A stretch of 64,000 bases of DNA, taken from positions 248,001-312,000 of the IMG/VR virus record IMGVR_UViG_3300028654_000001, one strand, 5' to 3'. A program made the translations under genes and the position numbers. This document shows, one piece after another, positions 26,706 through 35,155 of this stretch; position 1 is the stretch's first letter; each line of letters begins with the position of its first letter. The notes under the pieces were generated by a model that was not told the origin of the DNA, ran no database searches, and saw only the letters and a list, made by a program, of their open reading frames with translations.

Positions 26706-28049
26706 TCACCTGATGCTTGGTTGTGCCTTCACTCGAGCGGCTACTCTTGAAGCAAGCACTGCATCCTCAAATTCACGAAGTGATTCGGTTGCTGACTTCT
26801 CAGACCCTTCGTTCTTCTTGACGAACCAGATCTCGGACACGTCACTCAAGTTTACCTTAACCGTACCCTCTTCATCATTGGAGGTTGCCTCTTCCGTTGG
26901 CTCTTCCTCAGGGGGCTCCTCTTCCGTTGGTTCTTCCTCGTCAAGATCCTCTTCGGGCTCTTCAGCACCCTCATCAAAAGAGGTAAGAACACTGTCAACA
27001 TCCTCGTCACCAAAGTCCTCAAACTCCTTGGCGACGTTAGCCGTCATGAAGTTACCGAGAACGTCATCAACATCTACCTCAGCACCCTCAGCCGCATAGC
27101 GGTATAGGACCAGAGCCGGGTTTCCAGTAGAAGCCAAATGGCTCATGAACTCCTCAACTCCGTGTCCGATGTGACCGATCTCATCCAGAACATGGAGGTG
27201 ACCCATTGCACGCGACACAGCCTTCATGGCTGTGTGTCTTGCCATCCCTTTGGCAAAGGCCCCAGCGGCTGCAATCGGGCTGCTAGCAGTCAGAGCTGCA
27301 GCTGCAACACCAATGGCTATATGCATGGCAACGGTCTTGACAGCCTTTTTCTGATCCTTGCTCATCTTCTTTCCACTAAGTACAGTCTTGATCCCTTGAC
27401 CGGCTTCTTTGTACTCGTGGACTTCGTGCTTGACGGCCTTTACCACTCCTTTAGTGATCTTCTCTGGAGCTTCAACTAGAGACTTGTGGATCTCATGAAG
27501 GACCTTGCGGCGATGGCTGTCATCCTGAATGAACTGTTGGACTTCCTTAGGGGCATTCTTGACGAAGTCGAGCGCCTTGGCGCCGAGCCCCTTCATCCGT
27601 TCCTTCCAGTTCTTCTTCGGAGACTCCTTATGCTCGTCGGTCTTGGCTTTTGGCTTTTCCTCAGTCGTAGTCTCCTCTGGTTTCTCACCAGTGGGCTTCT
27701 CCTTGGTCTTATCGTCAGTGGGCTTTCCTTTTGACTTATCCTTTTCTTCAGCCTTCTCCACCCAGGCCTGGTAGGCCTTCATGGCCTCCTGATAGAAGTG
27801 CTTGTTCTTCAGAGCTGTGCTGAACGAGACTTGGCGGTGCCGGTCACGAGACAGTGGATTGGGACTCGGGTTCGGAACCATCCTCTTGCCACCCTGTTGG
27901 GTGGTCTCGAGCCACTCACGCCACCGGGGGGGTACACGACCCTTGTTGCTCGAGGAACCCTCTTCCGGATCTTCGCCCTCACTCAGAGCAACTTTCTGAT
28001 AGAGAGCGGCTACTCGAAGAGCCAGCACATGATCAGCTAGGTTAATCAT
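26706..28049 (-). CDS. hypothetical protein with charged low-complexity tracts and two RVAA motifs
   Basis: LALRVAALYQKVA; DAVLASRVAARVKA. Confidence 0.65.
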   Translation of the reverse strand: MINLADHVLALRVAALYQKVALSEGEDPEEGSSSNKGRVPPRWREWLETTQQGGKRMVPNPSPNPLSRDRHRQVSFSTALKNKHFYQEAMKAYQAWVEKAEEKDKSKGKPTDDKTKEKPTGEKPEETTTEEKPKAKTDEHKESPKKNWKERMKGLGAKALDFVKNAPKEVQQFIQDDSHRRKVLHEIHKSLVEAPEKITKGVVKAVKHEVHEYKEAGQGIKTVLSGKKMSKDQKKAVKTVAMHIAIGVAAAALTASSPIAAAGAFAKGMARHTAMKAVSRAMGHLHVLDEIGHIGHGVEEFMSHLASTGNPALVLYRYAAEGAEVDVDDVLGNFMTANVAKEFEDFGDEDVDSVLTSFDEGAEEPEEDLDEEEPTEEEPPEEEPTEEATSNDEEGTVKVNLSDVSEIWFVKKNEGSEKSATESLREFEDAVLASRVAARVKAQPSIR

Positions 28050-28327
28050 ACCTTTTGCAGGTAGTCAGGGTTGCACATGTACATCCTCTGAGTAACCTTC
28101 CCACGAGTTGTAATCTCAGTCACCTGAGCAACTTCAACCCCACGATCACTATAGAGCTTCGTCATGGTACGCTTGGAGTGCATGTACCGCGGTTCTGGCC
28201 AATGAGCTTTCGCTATTGCATCGAGATACTCTTTCTCGGTGCACTCCATCATCCCAGAAGCTGTTTTGGCAGTAGTTTGCTCAGCAAGAACTCTAGCGGC
28301 TACCCTGGCAATGATCTGAAGGCTCAT
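28046..28327 (-). CDS. hypothetical protein with RVAARV leader
   Basis: MSLQIIARVAARVLAEQTTAKTAS. Confidence 0.6.
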   Translation of the reverse strand: MSLQIIARVAARVLAEQTTAKTASGMMECTEKEYLDAIAKAHWPEPRYMHSKRTMTKLYSDRGVEVAQVTEITTRGKVTQRMYMCNPDYLQKV

Positions 28328-28363
28328 GAACGTCTCCTGCTACAGAAGACGTTATCAAAAGAA

Positions 28364-29047
28364 TCAGGTAGCGTTGCCCGTATCTCGAAGCTTATCTAAC
28401 CACTCCTGGATATTATCCAAATCTGTATACAGGAATAGGACACCGTAAAGAGTGCTAGCCCCGTACAGAACATCTGTGAAGAATGAGTTGTTCTGGGCAG
28501 CTTTTTCGATTTTTTGGTATACAATGGCCTCACTACCCAGGTATACCTCGAGATTCCAATCGATACTGAACTCCTCCTCCTCTTTCAGAAGCTTGTCTTG
28601 AAGCACCCCTGCTTCCTTAGCAAGCTGATACATCTTGATCATGCTAGGAAGGTCTTGAACAGCCTCAATAATACCGTGCGATAGCTTAAGTCCCTCAACG
28701 ATCTGTTTCATGAGGGTCTCCCACTCTTTGTCAAGCTTCTTTGCTACGGTAACCCCCTCTTGCAACAGGCTAACTAGTTGCTCAGTATCTTTGATCCTCT
28801 GTTCGATCTTGTCCGCTTCAACCCCAATTGCAGGAGTCTGGAGTGGGCCGACTAAGGATCTGAAGATAGAAGCCAAGTACTTGCACTTCTTTATGTAACC
28901 CCCAGCAGCCTTAACGTCTCGTTTGACCGAATCTCTGGCGTCTTCCCATTCAATAGCCTCCGCATCCCCGAACCAATCAATGGCAGAGGTTACTTGTTGT
29001 TGATAGCGTTTAACAACAGAGGCTATGAGGGTTCTATCGTCAGTCAC
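28364..29047 (-). CDS. hypothetical helical protein with SVVKRY leader
   Basis: MTDDRTLIASVVKRYQQQVTSA. Confidence 0.6.
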   Translation of the reverse strand: MTDDRTLIASVVKRYQQQVTSAIDWFGDAEAIEWEDARDSVKRDVKAAGGYIKKCKYLASIFRSLVGPLQTPAIGVEADKIEQRIKDTEQLVSLLQEGVTVAKKLDKEWETLMKQIVEGLKLSHGIIEAVQDLPSMIKMYQLAKEAGVLQDKLLKEEEEFSIDWNLEVYLGSEAIVYQKIEKAAQNNSFFTDVLYGASTLYGVLFLYTDLDNIQEWLDKLRDTGNAT

Positions 29048-29070
29048 ATAGAACTAACTCAATCAAAAGA

Positions 29071-31446
29071 TCAGGCTTCAGCAGCGGCCGGAGAAATCTC
29101 CCCCCGAGGGGGTATGTCAGCAGGCTCCCGCTCTCGCAAGGTAATCATACAATCCCCACCATTGACGGCTTGTTTCGTTACAACAATCTTTTCAATGTCA
29201 GGGTTGTTTGGAGCTTCATAGGAGATCTTCCTGGTTGCTTTCTCTACAATCGAACGCAGAGCCCTGGCACCCGTTGGCTTCTTCTTAGCCAGAGTGGCGA
29301 TCTCGGTGAGAGCTTCTGGATCAAATTCAAGGTTGATCCCATCCATTCTGAAGAGGGCCTGAACCTGTTGCACTATACTATTCCGTGGTTTCACCAAAAT
29401 CTCGACTAACTGTTCTTCTGTTAGCTCGATAGTACTAGTAATTATAGGAAGGCGTCCCATCATCTCAGGTATGATCCCAAAGTCCAGAACATCTTGCTCT
29501 ATAACCTCAGTATAACCACGGGTTTTATCAACTTTTTCCTTTGCTACAGCCCCAAAACCCATGCTGGAACTCTTGTTCAACCTTCGAGCAACAATCTCAT
29601 CAATGCTAGCAAAGGCACCCGCGCAGATGAAGAGAATGTTCGTAGTATCCACCAAGTCAAAGGTCTGCATCCCGGCGCCAGCCTTACCCATTCCACGAGG
29701 GACTGCCACTGTCGACCCCTCGAGGAGCTTGAGGAGGGCTTGCTGAACACCCTCACCAGATACATCCCGGTACCCAGCTCGGTCACGACCGCTACCCCTG
29801 GCGATCTTGTCTACCTCGTCTAAAAACACGATTCCCCATTGAGCACGCTCCACATCTCCACCCGCATCTAATATGAGACCCTGGATGAGAGTCTCCACAT
29901 CAGCCCCAACATAACCGGCTTGTGTGAGGGTGGTTGCGTCTCCAACATGGAATGGAACGTTCAGCATCCGAGCTAACGTCTCAAAAATATGAGTTTTTCC
30001 AGTGTTATGGGTAACAGTGAAGTCGTCCAGTAGGTAGCGGTGGTCCCCATCTAAAACAAATCCAAAGTATTCCTCAGCCGGCATAGTTCGAGTCTTGAAT
30101 CCAATCCTGAGAACATTTTTACTAGACTGCCTCTCAGCTGCCTTCTTACGAGGTATTCTAGTAGGGACTTCAGAGGTACTTCCGGATATGCACATCCGAT
30201 AGTAAGCCCCTACAAATCCTGTTTGACAACTCTTTGTACAAGGTTGCGGGTAACAAGCAAAACCAAGACTCCTAGTAATGAAGGTTAGGTCCCCCACTAA
30301 GGTTTTCGACTTGTTTACGAAGTCAAAGCAACTGCATTCATCGAGAGAACCATCTGTATCGATTAACCCTGCTAGGATCTCTAACCGATCTTTCCTAGAT
30401 GCTGTTTTGTAACAATGAGGTATGAACTTGTTCTCTCCAGTAACCCTAAGTAAACCTAGGCCCTCTAATGCTTTTGCTATTGGATTCTGAGGCTTACCGC
30501 ATCCTGGCTTGTCTGGGTTGGGGGAGTAACTATCACTCTGGGTCAAGTAATAAGTTGGGCACCGTTCCCCATTAGAATCATTCGGGGATAGGGTTAATCC
30601 AAATTTAGCAGCTTGCCTCTCTAGCTCTGCAAGTATCTCTGGGTCATCTGTAGTCACACCTGGGGTGCCTCCTAATGAACCGTCACCTAGTAGGATACCT
30701 AAGAAGTAAGGGTCAATAGGGAGTTCAGTTGTAGTAGCGGTAAACTCAACTGGTACCCGGAATAACTTGTGAACCGACTTCCTAGTTCTAGACCAAGATA
30801 GCCAATCCATTAGGGCAACGTCAGAAACATCATTAGCAGGGCGGTACCCTGATCCACCATTGTATCCAGTACGAACAAGAGTAAGGATATGACCCTCATT
30901 AACTACCCAGGGCTCGCCCTTAGTTGGAACAATCTCAACCATCCCACTAGTACCCCGATGTAATTCAAGTACATTGCGAGGGGTACTATCTGGACCCATA
31001 AGCTGATCACCCACCTGAACATCCTCTACAGCTTTTAGGGTCCCATCGAACATCAGCACAAGCTGACCTTTTTGGTGGCACCCGCTCGGCCCTAGAAACA
31101 AAATATTGCTTTTCCTAATTTCCACGGGTTTTGACCCGTCAGTCGGTTGCTCAGTAGCCCACTTACGACGTTTGAAGTGGTTGTAGACCACCGTGGAGAT
31201 GTCAATCTTGGCTTGCTCTTGTCCAATCACAAATTCATCCAAGTGAGCTTTGATCTCAAAGGGCTTCTTAAGAGGTTCTTCTTTCTTAGCCTCAAAGCCA
31301 CCCTTTTCAGCACCAGCTTCAAGAGAGGCAGCAGCCTGTACAATACATCGATTGCAGATCGATGGCCCCTTCTCTGGATTTGCTACAACGAGGTTCTTAA
31401 CCTCGTTTCGGGGGCGTCCGCAAAAGTCACAGGTAGTTACTGCCAT
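29071..31446 (-). CDS. clpX: ATP-dependent Clp protease ATP-binding subunit ClpX, containing an intein
   Basis: Zn-binding CDFCG...CNRC; spliced Walker A GPSG|TGKT; AGYVG pore loop; FLDEVDKI; RDVSGEGVQQALLKLLEG; MGF loop; GARALR. Confidence 0.92.
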   Translation of the reverse strand: MAVTTCDFCGRPRNEVKNLVVANPEKGPSICNRCIVQAAASLEAGAEKGGFEAKKEEPLKKPFEIKAHLDEFVIGQEQAKIDISTVVYNHFKRRKWATEQPTDGSKPVEIRKSNILFLGPSGCHQKGQLVLMFDGTLKAVEDVQVGDQLMGPDSTPRNVLELHRGTSGMVEIVPTKGEPWVVNEGHILTLVRTGYNGGSGYRPANDVSDVALMDWLSWSRTRKSVHKLFRVPVEFTATTTELPIDPYFLGILLGDGSLGGTPGVTTDDPEILAELERQAAKFGLTLSPNDSNGERCPTYYLTQSDSYSPNPDKPGCGKPQNPIAKALEGLGLLRVTGENKFIPHCYKTASRKDRLEILAGLIDTDGSLDECSCFDFVNKSKTLVGDLTFITRSLGFACYPQPCTKSCQTGFVGAYYRMCISGSTSEVPTRIPRKKAAERQSSKNVLRIGFKTRTMPAEEYFGFVLDGDHRYLLDDFTVTHNTGKTHIFETLARMLNVPFHVGDATTLTQAGYVGADVETLIQGLILDAGGDVERAQWGIVFLDEVDKIARGSGRDRAGYRDVSGEGVQQALLKLLEGSTVAVPRGMGKAGAGMQTFDLVDTTNILFICAGAFASIDEIVARRLNKSSSMGFGAVAKEKVDKTRGYTEVIEQDVLDFGIIPEMMGRLPIITSTIELTEEQLVEILVKPRNSIVQQVQALFRMDGINLEFDPEALTEIATLAKKKPTGARALRSIVEKATRKISYEAPNNPDIEKIVVTKQAVNGGDCMITLREREPADIPPRGEISPAAAEA
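30004..31080 (-). mobile_element. intein with LAGLIDADG endonuclease (359 aa) in the ClpX Walker A
   Basis: Begins CHQKG, ends THN followed by T; LGILLGDG and LAGLIDTDG. Confidence 0.9.
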
Positions 31447-31459
31447 AGAGGAGGTATAC

Positions 31460-31466
31460 TACACCG
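31460..31466 (-). promoter_or_regulatory. YGGTGTA motif upstream of clpX
   Basis: TACACCG on +, 13 nt from ATG 31446. Confidence 0.55.
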
Positions 31467-31498
31467 ACAGCCTACTAATGCCAAGTAAATCGTGGATT

Positions 31499-33715
31499 CT
31501 AGCCCATCAGCTTCTCAAACCGCTCGACTTTTAAGTGGTCCCATGGGCCGGTTATATTGAAGTGTCCAAGAGCGAATAACTCAGCAAATGACTCACTAGA
31601 ACCTGACATGGACTCGGTCATACTGTACTTGCTAGTCCACCACTCCGGCTTGTCGAAGTCAACGGGTAACTTGTGTAGTTTCTCGTACCGGTGCCCAAGT
31701 TCGTGAATCAAAATGTAGTCTACGCTGCCGTATGTGCCACCAGAACGCTGGAGAATCTTTGGGACAGCCCGAACATAGAGCGTGTCTTCAGATGCGCTAT
31801 ACCTGCCTGAGGATGTACCCCTGAAGTTTTTCGGTGGGGCTAGAGCTACAGTCAGGCCTCCCGAGAGAGCCTTCTTCCTCCATCCTGAAAGGCCACTGAA
31901 CAGGGAGTCTAATCGAGTTGCATACTTGATGAGATTGTCCTCGGACATACCTACCTTGTTGAGGTAGGTGTCAGATCCAATCTTGTACTCTGCTACAAGC
32001 TTGCTACCACCTTCATCAGTGAAATACTGAATGAGCTCATCCATCTTTGGCTTCAAGTCTCGTTCCCATAGAGTCTTGACAACCACTTGAGTCATTTTAT
32101 CGGAATCTGGAGAGAGGTTCCACCCATGCTCGTTTCTGGATTGATTCAAGATCCCCATAAAGCGATCCAAAGAGTCAACCATACCCCGGTGCCCACGGAC
32201 ACTGACTCCAACCTTGAAGTTCTGCTTCATCCAATCAGCCAAGTCATAGGCCTTGGATCTATCATAGGGGCCATGCAGAAGAGATTCAACTCTCTTTTCA
32301 AGATCATCAGCTAAGCCCGCTAAGAAAAGGCGAGCTATTCGAAGTGGGTATATTGCGGCTGACTTGTTGTGTTTGAAGAACTCAACCTGCTTGAGCCGAT
32401 CCTCTGCTTCTTCCTTGGACTTATAGCAACCACCACTCCAATCAGGGTTATTTGGGCTACGAACGCAGTACTGCCCTTTTTCCTTATGGATGACTGCCAG
32501 CACCGATCCTGCAAGCTTCACCTCACCTGGGATAACAATCCTCAACCAGTCCTTTACTTGGTCTAGGACTGTAGCGGAACCGTAGCCAACTAACCTACCG
32601 ATAGCATCACAGAAAGCCTCTTCTGGCTTCTTACCAGCGTACCCTGTGACGGGGTTCTTGGGTACCTTGAGTGTGGTGACCCCAGCATCAAACCCACTCT
32701 GAAAGTCTTCTCGAGTCTCGTAAGCGTGGCTAGATTGATGTCCGTGAGATAGGACGTCCACTTGGAGGGCAAGGACAGGATCCTTGGTCTTCATGTAGTC
32801 GGTGAAGTCCGAACTCCAGGTGAGACGTTCTGGCCACTTGTCAAGAAGCTCCTTTAGATCAAGGGGACCATAGTCCTGACGAATAGCCGTGTCCCAGTAC
32901 TCCTGAGCGGAACCAGAGAGGCCCTTGTACATGTGGTGGGCCATCTCGTGAGCCATCATATGAGCCCCCCACAGCGAGCTTTCCCCTGTCATGGACAACA
33001 TAGAGACCATGATGTGATCCGTTAGGTATTCCCCACCCTGGTCTAATTTACCCTCGAAGTTGATCTCAATCGGAAGTTGGTGATGGATCAACCAAGGGAC
33101 AGTCTTAGAGGCATTGCGCCTGTAGATTCGGAGGGACTCCCTAAACTTGGCGAGAGTCTCCTGTTGCCAATCCTCTTTAGGATCGAACCCGTAGACCTCT
33201 GCTTGGAAACCCTCGATCACCAATCGATCTCGGTTTGGGACTTTGACCTTGATCTCAGAATCCGGAACATTCTCAAGTGCACCCTTGATAGCTTTCCAGA
33301 ACTTCTGTGCTCGGACTTTGACTTTCTTTTCCCAAGGATCCTTATCCATCAGGAATCTTTGGAATCTAGCATCCTTGCCTGCAACTGTAGCAGGAAGGCT
33401 TGGGGCCATCAAGGGAAACGCTAGCTCCAAGTAAAAGTCCCAAGCTGGAGTCCTAAGTTTATCGAAACGGTGATCCCCATTATCCTTGTACTCATTCAGG
33501 AACTGTTCGAACATGAGGAGCTTGAATCTCCCCTTGTACACATCGAAGGCCTCTTTTAGCTCAACGGCCTCATCATAGTCCTTGACCAGAGGTAGGTTCT
33601 TCATCAAGGTGAGGAAGTCCTTGCGCATCTTCTCCACCCAGTTCACATTGATCTGTGAGATACCCGCTACTTTACGGCGGTACCTGTGGGCTACGGTGAG
33701 TACGAGAGGATCCAA
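31499..33715 (-). CDS. multi-module protein with two zincin-like (HExxH) domains
   Basis: AHEMAHH...YAGKKPEEAF and IHELGHR...SKYS...ESFAE; leader TVAHRY; internal LRIARLF. Confidence 0.6.
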   Translation of the reverse strand: MDPLVLTVAHRYRRKVAGISQINVNWVEKMRKDFLTLMKNLPLVKDYDEAVELKEAFDVYKGRFKLLMFEQFLNEYKDNGDHRFDKLRTPAWDFYLELAFPLMAPSLPATVAGKDARFQRFLMDKDPWEKKVKVRAQKFWKAIKGALENVPDSEIKVKVPNRDRLVIEGFQAEVYGFDPKEDWQQETLAKFRESLRIYRRNASKTVPWLIHHQLPIEINFEGKLDQGGEYLTDHIMVSMLSMTGESSLWGAHMMAHEMAHHMYKGLSGSAQEYWDTAIRQDYGPLDLKELLDKWPERLTWSSDFTDYMKTKDPVLALQVDVLSHGHQSSHAYETREDFQSGFDAGVTTLKVPKNPVTGYAGKKPEEAFCDAIGRLVGYGSATVLDQVKDWLRIVIPGEVKLAGSVLAVIHKEKGQYCVRSPNNPDWSGGCYKSKEEAEDRLKQVEFFKHNKSAAIYPLRIARLFLAGLADDLEKRVESLLHGPYDRSKAYDLADWMKQNFKVGVSVRGHRGMVDSLDRFMGILNQSRNEHGWNLSPDSDKMTQVVVKTLWERDLKPKMDELIQYFTDEGGSKLVAEYKIGSDTYLNKVGMSEDNLIKYATRLDSLFSGLSGWRKKALSGGLTVALAPPKNFRGTSSGRYSASEDTLYVRAVPKILQRSGGTYGSVDYILIHELGHRYEKLHKLPVDFDKPEWWTSKYSMTESMSGSSESFAELFALGHFNITGPWDHLKVERFEKLMG

Positions 33716-33718
33716 TGA

Positions 33719-34423
33719 TCACACCCCGAGTAGGTTAGCCAGCGCGGCCGCGGCTTCAGCAGGCTTGTTGTACTCGATGTTGTTCACCGCTTCCCAAGTC
33801 ATGCCCTGACGGTCAAGCCTCCACCTCGAACCATCCTGGATGATTCTGTATGTGCCCTTTGGGGTCTCGGCAAGATACACCAAGTAGTTCTCGTCTCGTC
33901 GACTTATCTCCAAGATTTGGAATTGGATCTTCGTACCAAGCTTAGTCTTGCCCTTCGGAACCGACTTGACCTTCATCCAATCGTTGTACTCTTCAACAGA
34001 GGTCTCAATAGCTTTAATCTTGACCTTCTGGCTCTCGTTCTCCCCGATCTCACCCTTGATCCAATCGACCCAAGTGTTGAGAGCTAAGAGGTGTGCCTTC
34101 AGGGTTCGGATAGCTTCATCCAGGTCACCTGACAGCTGACTGACCTTTTCAGGAGGGATGACAGTGCTATGACTGAGTATCCCAAGGAACTGGAATAGAT
34201 GATTGTCAAGCCGAGCTCTAGCTTGCTCTGCATTCACGAACGTTTCAAGAGAGGGTTTGGAGTATCCAGGAAGGTAACCCTTCATGTCCAGTGTACGGAG
34301 CTCTTTCAACAACTCACGAACGAGATCCCCAGTCTTTTCTGACTTGTCCGAAGAAACCTTCCAACGATCATTACCCATCGACATGTTCAAACTTCTCCGT
34401 AGACAATACAGTCTTGCCCCCAA
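33719..34423 (-). CDS. hypothetical protein
   Basis: 234-aa ORF; the true start is probably slightly downstream (MSMGND). Confidence 0.55.
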   Translation of the reverse strand: MGARLYCLRRSLNMSMGNDRWKVSSDKSEKTGDLVRELLKELRTLDMKGYLPGYSKPSLETFVNAEQARARLDNHLFQFLGILSHSTVIPPEKVSQLSGDLDEAIRTLKAHLLALNTWVDWIKGEIGENESQKVKIKAIETSVEEYNDWMKVKSVPKGKTKLGTKIQFQILEISRRDENYLVYLAETPKGTYRIIQDGSRWRLDRQGMTWEAVNNIEYNKPAEAAAALANLLGV

Positions 34424-35148
34424 ATCAAACCATCACAATGAACCTTACCGGTTTTCTCAATGATGCAGATCCCACCATCACCAAAGTCGTTCGGCCCCTC
34501 GACTCCATATCGATTGGAGACTACGAGTGTAACCTTGTTCTCCTCTGCAAACTCAATCCAACTGTTCGAAGGAAACCCGCCCTTTCCCCAATTTGCGCTT
34601 AATACAACTACATCTGCATCACCAGGGGAGTAGAAATTAGACCAATCATCATTCTTCTTGTCTCGAACGTCTCGACAGATGAGGAGGCCGATCCTCTTAT
34701 CCTCGAATTGAGACTTGATCACCGGTGGGTTAGAGATTCCCTTGGAAGCCCACAGGTGGTCATTGGCAAAATGGTTGATTTTACGGTAGCTCTCGTAGTA
34801 ACCCCCAGGCTCCATGTATATCTGTGAGTTGTAGATCTTGGAGGTACCAGAATCTACCTCGATGAACCCAAAGACGATGATGACATTGAGCTCCCTGGAT
34901 AGCTTTCGAAACACAAATAAAGCCATGTTAGGGTCTATTGAATCAACCTCATCCAACCCACTTACAGACTCTGCAAGGGGTCGAGCTTCAGCATCCGACA
35001 TGAAGGAGTAGCCAGTTGAGCAAAGTTCTGGCAAAACTACTAACTTAGCCCCATGAGTAGCTGCCTCTACAACGAGATTGGCCATCCGCATTATATTTGC
35101 GGACTTTTTCTTGAAGGTTGGGCAAAACTGTACTGTACCTACGCGCAT
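34387..35148 (-). CDS. carbon-nitrogen hydrolase (nitrilase/amidase superfamily)
   Basis: Catalytic E-K-C triad: VVLPELCSTGY, YRKINH, GLLICRDV. Confidence 0.85.
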   Translation of the reverse strand: MRVGTVQFCPTFKKKSANIMRMANLVVEAATHGAKLVVLPELCSTGYSFMSDAEARPLAESVSGLDEVDSIDPNMALFVFRKLSRELNVIIVFGFIEVDSGTSKIYNSQIYMEPGGYYESYRKINHFANDHLWASKGISNPPVIKSQFEDKRIGLLICRDVRDKKNDDWSNFYSPGDADVVVLSANWGKGGFPSNSWIEFAEENKVTLVVSNRYGVEGPNDFGDGGICIIEKTGKVHCDGLIWGQDCIVYGEV

Positions 35149-35155
35149 AGGGTAC

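Noticed and set aside
26880-26960. Short tandem-like repeats encoding EEEPTEEEPPEEEPTEEA
   Set aside because: Ordinary low-complexity acidic linker, not a DNA-level element.
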